64,000 bases of DNA, taken from the NCBI GenBank assembly GCA_013265495.1, contig MU059523.1, positions 7,941,503-8,005,502 on the forward strand, given 5' to 3'. Below are positions 23,256 through 37,300 of this stretch, piece by piece (positions within the stretch are counted from its first letter, which is position 1; every line of letters begins with the position of its first letter). Under the pieces are notes generated by a model. It did no database searches. It worked only from the letters and a program-made list of their open reading frames with translations, and was not told the DNA's origin. The DNA comes from Vicugna vicugna. Lineage: Eukaryota. Made by a program: the position numbers and the translations under genes.

Positions 23256-24329
23256 AGCAGAGTGACTTACACCAGATTGGAAACATCCTTCATAAAACAG
23301 GGTGCTCACATTTGAACATAGCATCCCAAAGAGCCAGATCTCCTTGAGGAGTGTTGGTCCTATTCACTAGATGTTGCATCGCTCTTATCTTTTATCTGGT
23401 TCCTACTGATTATAAACACGTTTATGACACGATTGTTTCATCCTGTTGGATATGTAGAGGTTTCCATTAAGGTTTATATTTTTCACTCCTTAAATTCTCA
23501 CCCCTTCCCCTTCCTTAGGATATCTGAGGAGTCTTTAAATTTCATTGTGACTCCTTCTACTGGCTAATATCTGTATACAATCACTTTTACACAATACTGT
23601 TTATAAACTGAACTCTATTATGTATATATATAAATTTCTTGTCATTGGCAAGTTAAAGTACTTTATGGCCCATCTCAGTGATTTTCAGACTATCTATTGG
23701 ATAGATAAGAAACAATCACTACTAGCTCTGTGTTAGCCCGCATGATATCCAGAAGATAAAAGGTGATCTGTTATGTGATTGGAACAAAAATCACATAAAA
23801 ATATCAAAGCTAAGAAAAATAAGACCACAGTTTTCCTGTTTCTATCCATCTTTCAAAATCTACCAGACCACTCCAAATCTTTCCTTCTGATTTTAAACCT
23901 ACCAGCACTCAACTCTTAAAAAGTTAATCAAACACCTTGAATTATAAATGCCTTTAAAAAGCAGCCAGCTTTTAAAAGATTCATCAAATGACTTCAGCTC
24001 TTAGATACCCCATGTGTTTTCTGAAGCGGTATCTTGACAGCTCTGTTTTCCTATGTGGTTTAACACAAAAATGAAAAAAAAAAAGTACAGCAGAAAAAGT
24101 AGTCTAAATAGAGAATATATTCACTAGATATTTATGAAGTGAGTCTACTGCAGCAAAAAAGTTGTCTGTCTCCAATATTTCCCCTAAAGAGAACTTATCT
24201 TCTCTAGCTTCTCTTTTTCACACACAACACACATGTACATACGAATGATAAAATAAGATTTAAATACACATTTTCTTGATTTATTTAATGTAAAAAAATC
24301 AACGGTCAGCTGATTCAGACTAGATTCTT

Positions 24330-24500
24330 AAGTGCAGTGTTCCCCACATTTTAATTTGCATAATAGTCACTTTATACATATTAATGTCTTGCTGAAAAGC
24401 AGATTAGGATTTGATAAATCTGAAGTGGGCCCTGAGACTGCATTTCTACCAAGTTCTTAGGTCACACCAATCATGCAGTTTTTTTGGGAAATGAATTCTT
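24330..24500. mobile_element. MER5A-like MITE
   Basis: cttgctgaaaagcagatt...ctgaagtgggccctgagactgcatttctaccaagttc. Confidence 0.6.
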
Positions 24501-24599
24501 GTAGCTGTGAGCACTAAAGCAAAAACAGGGTTCCTTGTTTAAGATAAGTTGGGAAAAGGTGGTGAAAAGAAATGGAAATTAAGGGACAGCATGAATTCA

Positions 24600-25030
24600 A
24601 ATCAACGAATGATTTCCTTGTACCGGCACATTGCAGGAAACTATGGGAAATATGAAAGAAATGAAAGACACTGATCCTGCCTCAAAGAGCTTATCGTTAA
24701 CTAGAAATTCAAGCACAAAATGTAACAAAAGCTTGAGAATGATTTCCAAGCTGCATTTTCTGCTAGTGACTTTAAAGTTTATAAAACTCTAAAAATACAG
24801 ATACTACATCATTTGTCATCGTATAGTTCTGCACACCTCAGGTGGCATGAAAGGCCTTAGGCTCTGAATGAGGAGCAGAAATTAAACTGTTTAGGCCATG
24901 AGGATGGAGAGGACAGGGAGAAAGGAAGGGGAGGGGGGACGAAGGACATTAGAATGAAATAATCATGCGCACAGGTTCAGAGAAGAGTCTGTAAGGAGGT
25001 TTTCATGGAAATGTAAAACCAGCAGCCTCA
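24600..25030 (-). mobile_element. Degenerate L2 fragment
   Basis: gacactgatcctgcctcaaagagctta and downstream purine-rich L2-like sequence. Confidence 0.4.
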
Positions 25031-25759
25031 CAGGATCACAGGAATTTGATAAGGCACAGAGAATAGTCCTCCAGTGGCAAGAAGCTGGGTCTTGATCTGC
25101 GAGGTTCTTAAGGAAGGAATCTGTGCGTAAAGTACTGTCTTAGGAAAGGAGATTATATGAAATAGAGTAGGGAGTTCTAGCTCTCCAGAGTCTTGCCATA
25201 TACAGGAAAAGTGCTCCATCTCTCTCTTTCTCTTAAAAGCAAATGTATTCTCTTTCAAACCTTTTGTTTTATGACACAAGAATATTAATTTATAGTTGGC
25301 TTATAAAATAAACTAAAAGGGAGATTTTTTACAGTTATAAAAAGATCTGTAAAGAAGTTTTGATAATAATTTTGGGTATGAGGTGATGGGAATTTGCCTG
25401 AAATAAAGCTAATGTGCCCAGAAATGATCTCTTCTAAGAATCCTCGTGAAAGGAAGCTTCAAAAGAACTTGAAAGATGATGAAGCATCCGCAATTTTGAA
25501 CCCAGATGTAAAGGAAAACCACTAAACGGTATCTGTCCTGTGAGTGAAGATAAGATGAAAGGCTGTTTTTGAAAAAAATCAACTAAAACTTTGGAACCAG
25601 AGAAAAATCAAGCAAAACTTTGGCATCCAGAGGAAAACCTCATTTCACAAGAATCTTCCTGACATTAAGCCAGTAGCTCCTTTCTATAAAATTGCTTAGA
25701 AGCAGTATTTTTGTATGTGTACAAGCTGGAAAGCTTTTATCACATGACTCTGCATATTT

Positions 25760-26010
25760 GTGATAACTGGTTCCAGTAGTGATGCCTGTCCCAAAGATGG
25801 TCGTCTGTAACTGGTCGGCAGCTCATGGGATGGCCTGGCTGGAAAACTCTTCCTGATGGGGATGCTTTACATTGGATTGGATTAACAGGCCAAATGATAA
25901 CTTCTCATGGGGATTCAGAAAGTAAGGAATGAACAGCCAGAACAGTCTTAAGTTATGGGAAAGGTGTAGCCTTAATGTGGCTCTTAAAAGTCCACTGGCC
26001 TCCCTGGGGC
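25760..26010 (+). mobile_element. LTR33-like ERVL LTR fragment
   Basis: gatgcctgtcccaaagatgg...gggatggcctggctggaaaactcttcc...ggattaacaggccaaatgataacttctcatgggattcagaaag resembles LTR33. Confidence 0.5.
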
Positions 26011-26839
26011 TTCCCAAGCAGCACTCTCACCTGCCACAAAGTCGGGAGGCCTCTGACGGTCTTGACCTGGTTTGCTGTGCTTCCTTTTTTCATGTGCTCG
26101 CTCACAATAGACTCTGTCATCTCAGCTAACCTGCACTTCTCTGTGCCCTTCAGCTCCAAAGTGCCTGTCTCACACACGTCTCCGTCTCCCACCTCCTCTA
26201 AATATTTACTGTCATCCGTCTTGTTAGAAGCCTCTGCCTTCTCTTGTCTCTCCCTCTCTTGAGAGACTACAGTGAGTCCTTCAAGTCCATGACATGAGTA
26301 GTCATAGAGAGGCCTTGAAGTGAGTTGCAAATTAACATCCTACCCTTGGAGGTTGCATTTTCTACTTCTGAGTAATCCAAAGCATCAGTAGAGAGGTCCG
26401 CTGGAAATCTCTTGTTGTGCAAGAGAACAGCAAAAATGTATTAGGCAAGAAAGCACTCTTACCAACATCTCCCCACCAAAAGAACAGGCACATTCACAAA
26501 TTAATCCTAACAAAGGGAACTATCTGCTGATCTTTTCTCACTCCAAGAAGCATCACTCTATTTGACAACAAGTGAGTGAAGTTAAGGTAATAATTGCAAT
26601 CATAGAAATGACGCTGAAGTTCTGCATCAAAGTTTGTGTGTAAGGTCAAGTATATTGATGAAAAAAAAATAATCCACATCAGTAACTAGCTGGTTTAGTT
26701 AGTAGCATGTATTAGTTGATAGAAGAAAAATGCATTAAAGGGATAATAAGTAAAATATATTTCAGTGACTTATTTTTCTTATATTATTCAGAATGAGTTA
26801 AATTGGAAGATAGGCTAGGTTTGAAATGAGAGGTTATTT

Positions 26840-27040
26840 ATATCAAGAGTCCTATAGGCAAATTCAACCATCATATTTTTTGCTACTTTTTGTACTGAGT
26901 TAAGAACAGTTTTCACATTTTTAAAAGTTTGTAAAACAATAAATAAATAAAAAGATAAATATGTGACAGAGACCACATGTGGCCCACAAAGCCTAAAATA
27001 TTTACTATTTGGCTCTTTACAGAAAGTTTGTCAGCCCCTA
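26840..27040. mobile_element. MER58-family hAT-Charlie MITE
   Basis: atgtgacagagaccacatgtggcccacaaagcctaaaatatttactatttggctctttacagaaagtttgtcagcccct. Confidence 0.85.
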
Positions 27041-27519
27041 GGTTAAATAGACTTTTTTTTCCCCTTCTACACAGATAACTTTTATTCTATTTTAACTTAG
27101 TCATATAAAAAAATCTGGAAGGAGTAGTAATCAGTGGGCTAAAGATGTATGAACTAGGTTTTGGCTTATGATTTCTAGCAGAGCGAACTGAAGAATTGGG
27201 TCAAATGTCCAACAGTTTATCCAAACCACATTTTAAGAAATTCCTACTTGGCCAGTTTGATAAATAGACCACAGGAAACCCTCCCACCAGAGATGGCCTG
27301 GCTCTCATCGTGGAGGAAAGCTTTCTAAGCTTAACTGAGAGGTGATTTCATTCTTTTCAAATCATATCCAACAGAAGCTTCACTCATCCAGGTTCTCAGT
27401 CAACCAGTGTTTTCTTCTCAAGTTTGTGGAGAAGGGTGGGGCAAGGGGAACACATCTAAAAAGATAAATGTTATAAAAAGGGCTAATTTTTTCTTATTAT
27501 TTTGATTGTTAAGGTTCTT

Positions 27520-27900
27520 ATTATGGAATATTTAAAATATACAAAAAGAAGAACAGTATAACACTATACTATTAAATACTAGTATGACAGTATAAATCAT
27601 AGTCTAATAAACTTGTATAATAGTGTAAATAATAACAGTAAAATAAATCCTATGTATTCATCACCCAGCTTAAACAATTACTGACTCACAGCTAAACTTG
27701 TTTCACTGCCACCTCACATATTCCCCCTCCTTTATTATTTTGAAGGAAATTGCAAATATATTAATTCTACTGTAAAATTTCTGTATGCATTACTAATATA
27801 TAAATAATCCTACAATAAAATCACCATAATTATCACATGTAAAAATTAACAAGAATAACTTAATATTATCAAATATTCAGTCAGTGTTCAAATTTCTAAA
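27520..27900 (-). mobile_element. L1MC/L1ME 3' end fragment
   Basis: ttattatggaatatttaaaatataca...atgtattcatcacccagctt...atcaaatattcagtcagtgttcaaattt. Confidence 0.65.
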
Positions 27901-28448
27901 CAGGAAGACATTTTGTGGAGAGGTGATTTCCACATCATGTCACAACTCTCTCTCCTTCCCAGGGGAGCCTAAACAGAAATGTCCCCGAGAACCTGTAACA
28001 CTTAAAATAATTAAAAATAAGTTTTGTAAGATGAAAGCTATGCAATCCATTATAATACTGTCCCAGCACAAGAAAAGTATGCTCATTTGCTTCAGAAAGG
28101 GATAGTAACCTATTTTTAAGGAATAGCAATTGAAAACAAAAAGGGATTTTATTTTGTTGAACACCAGCAAAATATAACTAAAACACCATAGACCTGGAAA
28201 ATTGACTCACAGAGGTATATCTTTATTTAGTATTTTTTGCATCATCATCATCATTAGCAGAAATCCCTAAACGGAAGGATGGATGACAGCTGAAAATTCA
28301 GAGGTCATGTGAGAATGAAAGAATTGCTGAAAGAACCTCAGGAGAAAAACAAAACAAATGCAAGAAAGATAATTCTTATTATTGGACTTAATGTATTAAG
28401 TATTGGACTTGTGTTCCAATAATATCAAGCTGAATGAGACTCTCTAGA

Positions 28449-28585
28449 CCAGAGTTTCTCTATCCCTGTTGGCATCTGGGGCTGGATGATTTTTTTGGCA
28501 TCTGGAGCTGACCTGTGTGTTATAAAATGTCCCCCTGCATCTCTGGTCTCTGTCTATCAGCTGCCAGTAGCAAAACCCTCACACT
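28449..28585. mobile_element. MER20 hAT-Charlie fragment
   Basis: ccagagtttctc...tggggctggatgattttt...atctctggtctctgtctatcagctgccagtagca. Confidence 0.7.
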
Positions 28586-31439
28586 AGAAGCACCTTTACT
28601 GATGGACTGACAGTAGTGTTAATGAGGGCATACTTTCAGTGTCACAACTTCATAAACCCTGCTCTAAAATTCCAAGGAGGCAAACATGCTATTGCTTTGT
28701 GTCTCTGTACTTTTGTATCAACTTAACAACAGAAGCTTAAAATTATGTTTTAGATATTGAAGCATTTATGATTAAACTCTTTGAGACATTTGCCTTAATT
28801 AAGCAGTCTTCTTTGGATTATCTTGGAGCACTGTAAACTGAAAGCTAATCACTTTGTTAAAGAGAGAAAGCTATTTAAACACATTAAAAATGCTTTTTGA
28901 AATCTCCATCTATTTTCCTGTCCCATTACAGTCTCAGGTAACTCCAGTTGGTTTCCTAGTTTAATTAAACAGAATAAAAAAAGATCAGCTAAAGAGTCCA
29001 TGACATACAGATACAGAAAGAAACGAGAAAAAGGAAAATAAATTGTATATTAGTGTTAATAAATAGTAACCAATGTGCAGATTGTTTCTGACAGAAAAAG
29101 TTCGATTAAGTTGGGGCTTTCTGACGGTGTGTGGGGACCAAAAAGCATTTGAACGTATGCCAACAGAGCCTAGAGGGAAGGCCTTTTCTTTGATGAGCGA
29201 CATCGTATGGTTAGGGAAATGCTTAGAGCCACATATGACAGTGTTCCTTTAGTGCTGGGATGCCTCCTTAAATCTTCCAGCATTTTCTCTGATACAAAAG
29301 CAGAAAGTTTTTTTTGGGGGGGGTGTAAAGAGAAATGAATAAAATATGTCCAGTATGTGTCACGTGGCACTGTCACATAGTGTCATGAGCAACAGCCCCA
29401 GCAACACGCATACACGCAAGGACTGACTCCATGGAGTAGGTGGGTGAGTAGTAATGCGTGTTAGCCCGGTTAAAAAAGGTGCAGTGCTGGTGCAATACCT
29501 GGCCGTGGAAGACCCTCATCCAGAAACTGGTTTTTGTTTGTTTGTTTGTTTTCAATGCGTCTTTAACTATCTTGAATCATCTTACTGATTTATTTCCATT
29601 TGATTGTCTGTCTGTCTCAGTGAGAACGAAGGCTGCAGGAAGGCAGGCTATTGTTTCTCTTCCTCTCTACTGTACTGCCATTACTGACAACAACAACTGA
29701 CACTTTGCAGTCGTTCAAAACGTATTTGCTGAAGAAAGAATGAATCATTTCACAAATGAAGTAGTTATGATATACTTAGGTATGATGAACCAATAATATC
29801 AAAAACTGTTTAATTAGGAGCAAGAAATAATCAATTCTATTTTTCCCCTTGGTTTGGACACAAATAAAAAGATAAGAAAAAAATTAGGAAAACAATCATC
29901 CACCATCATCATCAGGGCATAAAAGAAAAAGATATTTTAACATAGAAATAGCAAGAGTAATTCCAAAATAAAAAATAAACACAGGACAAAGGGCAGGACA
30001 GTTAAATAAACTCATCTCTAAGAATAAGTCGCTCCATTGTTCTCATATTACTTATTTCATCACAGACCGGTGGAAAATCTTGCAGAGCTCATCCCCTGGG
30101 AGACAGCTATAAAAAGTGGCTTTCCATTACGATACATGAAAATGACATGAATAACTACTAATTGTTATTTTTATCCTGAGCTCATATGTTTCTCCTGAGC
30201 CCCCAGGCTACTGAGTTAGTCTAACTTTAAAGTTTCAAAATATAAAGTATACAGTGCCGGGTAAATCGGCTTTAGGGTCAGAGGTTTGTCTTTACTCTTG
30301 TGCTCATTACCAAAGCCCTTCGTGCTGAATAACTTTCCCTAAGGTCTGGTACGACTCGGCTTCCTTTGTTCTCCTACATAAAGGTTTAATGATGGTGTGT
30401 ATCTTTCCATTGCAGGGATAAATTGTCTTTTCCTCAGCAGAGACAGCTGGAGGCATTCTATCAAGAGTGTTTGTTTTTATAGCCTAACTGACAATTAGAG
30501 TATTAGAGAGCATAACTAGATAGGAAGCTCTGTTCCCTCTCTCCTAAGCAAGATTTATGTATCTTAAGAATTTTACATAAAAATTCCGGGTGCTGTGAAG
30601 CTCAGGTATAGACCTGGCCCTTTCGAGAACAGAAACATCTAGTAATGTATAGAATAGTTACAGAAAAAACATAGGGTTAGAATCATGGATCCAGAAACTT
30701 GTGAGAGGTAGAAAGGAAACTGAATTGTACCTCTAATGACAGGAGCATCACTTCTTTTGCTTTCCCTGTTGATAACTCAGCATACTGTTTAATAGGAAGT
30801 AGGCTGTTCTAATATTAGGGGGAGGGGGAGGGACGTTCTCAGCCAGGGCTCCTAATTGAAACCATACAACAGACAATCATTTCAGTCACTATTTAATGAA
30901 TTCTCACAAGGACGGTATGTGAGTAGTACCATCCTAGACATGTTAAATGCTAAGTTAATTCATTGCTTGTGATATATGACTTAAGACCATAGCGCTTGAG
31001 TCTGTCTGGGCTCTGGTTCAGAAGGGCTGGAGAGTAGCAGACTAAGTGGGGAGAGGACTCAGTATGTTACAACAGATTACGATAGGAGGGGAGACACACT
31101 CTTACAATTTTGTGAGAATTCCCCATGTTTATGAGGCTAGTGATCATCTTTTCTGCTCTCAGGTCAGTGGCAGCTTTCAGAAGGGAATTAATTTTGCTAA
31201 TTTACTGTGAACCAGAGTCATCTCTATCTTCATTACATGCCTGCAGGCCCCTGGTACTGCAAACAGACTACTGATCCTCCTGGACGTTTACAAGCTGCTT
31301 GGTTCACAGGCACTCACTCATCAATTCAACCAACAGATACTGGATAAACACAGGTATTAAATAACTGCAAATGTGGCAATTGTTGGTGATAATACTGTCA
31401 AAATGATGCATTCTTAGAATGTGTAGTCTAGCAAGCCCA

Positions 31440-32260
31440 ACACCCAACTTACTGCTTATTTCCTCCCACTGCTAACCTTGCCAACTTGCTTTAAATATAT
31501 TCACTACCATGGTAAATGGCCTCATGTTTACCCAGTTATCCAAACCAAAAACATGCTATTGTTTGGGGTGCCTCCCTTTCTCTTACTCTCCATAAGAAGC
31601 AGGACTGTAAATTCCACTGATTCTTTTTCCTTAGTATCTTTTCTAATCCTTTCCTGAGAATTAATTTAAATCCTCATAACTTCTCTTCTAGGTTATTTTA
31701 AGACCTTCTTAACTGTCTGTGTACTTGTGCAATGCCTCTCTCTATGGAATACTTATTCCTGAACAAGCAAATTTGATCATTCCATTCCTCATTTTAAAAG
31801 CCTCCAATTCTTGCCCATTACCTGTAGGATGAAATCCTAATTTCTTGCAAACACATAGATCCACAGTCACTCACCTGCTGCTGCTGCCTGCCTCCCACCT
31901 TACATCCCAAACGTTATGGATACTCTATGCTCATTTCCTCAAACCGCCATCTTCTCTCCACCCGCTGCTTTTACACTTGCTGCTCCTTCCATCCGGAATG
32001 CTCATTCCACAAACATCCCCTCAATCTGCTACCTCCTACTCAGACTGTGGGACTCAATTTAGGTGTCACCTCCTCCAGAGAGGATGCTTTTTGGGCAGAT
32101 TCCTCCATCTTAAGTTGTGATTTTATTGAATTGTGATGCATTGAATTGTGCTAGTCTGCATAGTTGTTTGACTTCCTGTTACATGTTTACTTTCTTGAAG
32201 ACATACTGAAGACACAGTGACTGGCATACAGAGTCTCCAGAAAGCTTGTGGAACAAATGA
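31440..32260 (+). mobile_element. L2 LINE, long 3' fragment
   Basis: Pyrimidine-rich L2 3' region: aatggcctcatgtttacccagttatccaaacc...ttgcccattacctgtaggatgaaatcc...tgtcacctcctccagagagg...gactggcatacagagtctcc. Confidence 0.8.
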
Positions 32261-33002
32261 GTATTAGTCACAGCATAAACTGCTGATAACATTATCAGTT
32301 ATATCATTTATAACACAATCAATATTTAACTTAAATGACTAGTAGTAATAATAGGTGGCAAATAATTTTATGCCTATAAATCAGTTAGGAAGATATTGAT
32401 ATAGAATGGGGAAGCAAATGATGAATGGGAAGCAAAATATGCTTGTGTCTATGTACGCATGTATCTGTGTATGGATGGTTATTCCGACACACTTTATCGA
32501 AGACCTACAAAACCCAGGGGGAGGGAACAGAGCTACAAAATTTTATAAAAGTCTAGTCCAGTAGGCAAGCACGGATGATTTAATTGTAATATACTCAATA
32601 AAAAGATGGGAATAAGCTAAGAATATTATAAAAAGAGAGGAGGAATCCATGGATCAGTCTAGAGGTTCACAGCAGGCTTGTTGGAGGAGTAAATATTTTG
32701 AAGAATTAGTTCAAAGTAGAGAAATGAAGAAGAGGAATGGCTGGTTTGTGCCATGTGTGCAAACATTACTAGCTATCACCTTGAACCATGAAATCTAGCT
32801 AAAGAATTTCACTGGAAAATGAAATGTTTCAGAAATCTCCCAGACCTTGGGAGCTTGGAAAGCCATTTAAAGAGAGGCTCAGTCACTGCAAGCACACCAC
32901 CTTAGGACAAATCTTTAACTGAATGGATATGGAGACACATGTGCATATGCTGATAGAGCTGTGGCATTTTATACAGACACTCACAGACACATATATAATA
33001 CA

Positions 33003-33180
33003 TAATCATTTATTCCTTGCAACTGCCCTACAAAGTGAGCATTATCATCCTGATTTTACAGACTGCTGTGCTCAGCTAAGAGAACTGAATTAACCTACTT
33101 AAGGCTAAATAACTCATTGGTAATAGGGCCAACACTTGATTTTCTGTCTGTATGAGGTCATTCCTGTTCCACTATGCCAC
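33003..33180 (-). mobile_element. MIR SINE
   Basis: tcatttattccttgcaactgccctacaaagtgagcattatcatcctgattttacaga. Confidence 0.65.
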
Positions 33181-34135
33181 CTTGACAGATATTCTGAGGG
33201 GCTGATTAAAATGGCACTTATAAAAAAAAGAGAATATTTTAATACACTAGAGGCCCTTTCTTTCCCAACAAACATTTTTGAAATATCTTAGAGGTAGAAG
33301 ACTGCATTCATATAAATTGTTGTAAAGATAAAAATGAAAAGGAAATGAAACAAAAATATATTTAGTAGATAGCTAAGTAGGGGCAAAGTGATCCAAAGCA
33401 TAGCTCCAAAGAGACTTACCATCTGTGCACTGAAACGCTTGTTTTATCAAGTCCAACTGTGTTTCCTAACGATGCCAGTCCCTTCCCTTGGCTAATGCAG
33501 ACTCCAGTTTACAGAATATATCACACTGAAACCTTCTTGCTGAGCAGAGCTGAATGCTGCTTTAACTTCCCAGCCGGGAGCTGGTATTTCATCATGAACC
33601 CGGCATATTAAATTGTTGTGTAAGTGGAAAGACCACAATGTCGGCCATATGGCAGTTTTTCTTCGCAGAAGAGAAGAGACTTTCAAATCAAACTGTTAAC
33701 TCTGATGTCACAGTCATTAGTTTGGAGATATGGACCAGAGACTCCTATATCTCTTACAAGTGTTCCTCCCTCCTTCCTGTGCCCCATAAGAGTGATGGGT
33801 CCATTTAAAGTTGAAAAAAAAAGTGAGGTCAACGTTAAGTATATTAAATTATGAGCAGAACTTCCAGAAATTTCTATTCCATAGCAGAAGGGAAAATGCT
33901 TCTTTAAAATCAATTTCTAAGCCTACGTTTAGGGTCATACTTCCCTCTGGAATGAGCTGGATTGATTTCAGACCATCAGGAATGGGTTTCCTGAGGTGAA
34001 AGAACAGAAGTGGTTCCACATAATTTCCTTCTCTAAAACAAGCCATCCTTTCCTTGAATTAGCTATCTCCATCCCAACTTTTTCTTGGCTCAGCACACTA
34101 CTGAACAGTTTTTACAGCTCAGCTCGGAAATTACT

Positions 34136-34335
34136 TCATTCATCCATCCAAGAAATTTGTATTACAGTCTAATGCCTGCCAGATCCCACTCTAGGTATTG
34201 CAGGTATAAGACAAGTTCCTTATTCTCATGGAACTAACATGCTAGTGAAGGATATGGAAAACCTTAAATGAGTAAGATGACTCGAATAATGACGGCTGCT
34301 GTAGAAAAATAACACAAGGTAATGTGATACAGTGC
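34136..34335 (-). mobile_element. L2 3' fragment
   Basis: cattcatccatccaagaaatttgtatt...aagacaagttccttattctcatggaactaac. Confidence 0.65.
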
Positions 34336-37300
34336 TAGTGCATGTCCAGAACATGATAATCACAGGATTGGGGGTGATTCAGGATTTATTTAATACCTAT
34401 ATTAATCATTTTTAATTTGTTTTAATGATTAGATTTTTCTTCAAAGATTTTCTTTTCCTCAGTTCAAAACATGTAGAGTTTCTGAAGCTTTGATCTAGAC
34501 CCAAGGTTCTCATTGACATGTTCACCTCATCTTGTCTCCCCAAAGATGTTGTAGCAAATTCTAGTCCAAATCCCTGCAATGATGATGATGCCATTAGAGT
34601 TACTAATGGGGGTCTTTTGAGAGAAGGCAAATCTACTCTTTCAGAGTCACTGGCAGAGGCAAACGCTTCCGCCTGAAGGTCATCTCTTTCACCAAATAAT
34701 CACTTCTCTCCTGTGGGATCCACCTCTTCCCTCTCCCTGGCTCCTCTCAGGCCCTCAGGCATTTAGTTCCGGCACAAGTGGGCCAATGAACGCAGCAAAT
34801 GCAGAGAACCAAACATTAAATCCGAGATAATCTTTCTAAAATGTTATCCTCTGGGCTGGAAATGAAATTTCATATCCCCCGGAGGCCATTTTTTTCTCTC
34901 ATTTTCACCCTTCTTATATCATTATAGACTTCTTACTCAGAAGCCACTGGGAATTAGGTTTATTCTTTGGTATTCCCAAAGTCCTACAGACTTAGACACT
35001 TTAAAAACACTAAATTCCATTAGGCAGAGTATTACGCTGAAACATTTTTACTGAATTTTTTCAGTTTTTGGTTATTAAAAGTATCAATATTTTGGCTTTT
35101 TCTTCGTTTCAGTGGTCCCTAAGAAAAATCTCAAGAGGGCAGTCTGAAAATATAGCCAAGACCAATTATCGCCTGTTTCTCTTCTTTTTACAGTTTTAGT
35201 GACAAAAGGGCTTGACTTTGAAGATGTTCAGATTAATGATGGCAGGGATGTTGATTTTTTCCCCCCCCAAACAGTACATACTCTCCTGCAAAACTGCAAG
35301 GTGTAAGTCTACATTCACACAAAAACATGGTAATCCTGACCAATAAGTGATTCAGAAGAGCTCGGTAAACCAGAAATGACCTAGTATTTGTTCAACCGCA
35401 TTCAATAATTCTCTCATACATGAGATATCAGACACCAACTATTCCCAGTCGTCTCTGATAAACTGCCTTTACGGTTTAGGAGAAACTTACAGGAGGCGAA
35501 TTTAAATTTTTAACCAACTACATAGTTAAGGGCTTTTTATCAACCAAGGTTTTGGACAACAGCAAACTTCTACTGGATAAAGTTCATATTTAAGGGGAAG
35601 AGGTTATGATTCAGTTTTTAAATTTCCTTTCTTGATCTCTCCAACAAGAATATATTCTGCAATAAAAGCTCAAGATGCAAAATTATACTTTCAGAATGCA
35701 TTTGCTCTAGAATTATCATTTTCCCTAATTTAGCTTGCCTGAAATTTTCCATGTAAGATTATCTGTCTGGAGCACTAGCATTTTGAAATCCTGTAATATG
35801 TTATTCTTTATTGTAACATTCTCTTGTTCTTGTTCTTCCACAGCTGATCTGTGATCACACGTGATCACAGTCACGTCCAGTAAGAAAATTAATCTCCATC
35901 TACAATACAACATCTTGGTAGAGCTGTGTCCACATACTGCAAGGATGTGAACAGACACCTGTGTGTTTAATTTAACCCAAAATAAAGGAAATCGGAAAAC
36001 TGGAGTCTAGAATGACCAAACAACTTAGTTCAAATCCCTTCTTTACTCGGAACTATGTAGTTGTAGCCAGAATGCCCTGATTCTAAAGGCAAAAAACAAG
36101 CTAGACCGGGTCCAAGAGTCTCACAAACTGGGAATCAACTCTTATCTAGATCACTTCCTTTCTAGTCAGATACAAAAAAGGAGAAGACGTGTAGAACACA
36201 AGATGTGGAAGTACTATTTTGGTTCCTCTTTCACTGGCAAATTTATAATGATAATAATGATACCCTAATCCATTTATATTATTTAAAATGATAGCCTGTT
36301 AGAAAGGACGAGTCCAAACATTGATACTGTATCCTCTCCCTTCTCCAACTCATAACAATACATGTGCAAACATGCATATTACACATACAAAAATGTTTCA
36401 GTACCAATATTTCCAGTCTCTTGTTGAGGCAGGAAATATTTGTGGTTGTTTTACAATTACAAATATCTTATAAACTCCAAGAAAATAAGAACTTTTTGTG
36501 GTGCTCATTTTAAGTCCTTACAATAAGAGGATAAATAAGTATGAACTAAATTAATAAGTGAACCACTGCATTGTGCAATGAATTAAATTAAGATTTCAAA
36601 TGCTCTTTCTTTAAGGAGTCTAATCTGTATTGGACTGTAATTAAGGTTCTCATTCATGTCCAGTGTGATGGTGTTAGTGTGAGTGGCTATTAGTTGACTT
36701 GCTGGCATCAAAAATATTTGGACACATCTTTGGAACCTTCTTTCTTTGGAACCTTCTTTCTTTGGAGCACACATGCATATCCCAGCAAAAGGAACCACTC
36801 ACTGTATGTCATTAAAACATCAACTTGTTGTTAATGTATTTCCCTTGTGACATATAGTATGAGGTACAGAGAAACTTTGTAAATACGCCTGGCACTTTAA
36901 ATTTCTAAGGATATTCAAACATTTCAATAAACTTACTATACCCTGCACAATAGGTGATGAAATGCAATTTAAAGTGACTAAATTTTTCCCACTTCATTAT
37001 CGTTTTGCTGACCTATTCTGACCGGTAATTTCACTCTTCTGTTCTAAGTAAATGCAGCCATGGAGAAGTGTCTCCACGGGTAATAGATAGGTCAAAACAA
37101 TCACGCATAAGTGGAGCATGCTTAGAATTAGCAAGTGCAGATTATTTAACAACAGGCTAGGAGAAAGGAATTGTGTGTGTAATGTGTTTCATAATTCAAT
37201 CTAAGAGGAACAATCCTTGTTTTCTGAAATGCTATGAAGTAATAACATTGTTAACCACCTGCAGGTAGTGTACCTTCTGCTGTATGAAGAGCAGTGGCCT

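Noticed and set aside
25953-26330. Overlapping 125-aa (minus) and 95-aa (plus) ORFs in a GC-richer block
   Set aside because: Adjacent to or overlapping LTR33-like sequence, with no recognisable protein similarity or splice support.
34400-34680. Plus-strand polypyrimidine-AG followed by an open stretch (LPKDVVANSSPNPCNDDDAIRV...)
   Set aside because: No recognisable homology, no paired donor identified and antisense to HCN1; insufficient support for an exon.
36727-36766. 16-bp unit tctttggaaccttctt repeated 2.5 times
   Set aside because: Ordinary slippage microduplication. Similar small ones occur at 50748-50783 (17-bp unit, period 19) and about 25575-25632 (period 29).
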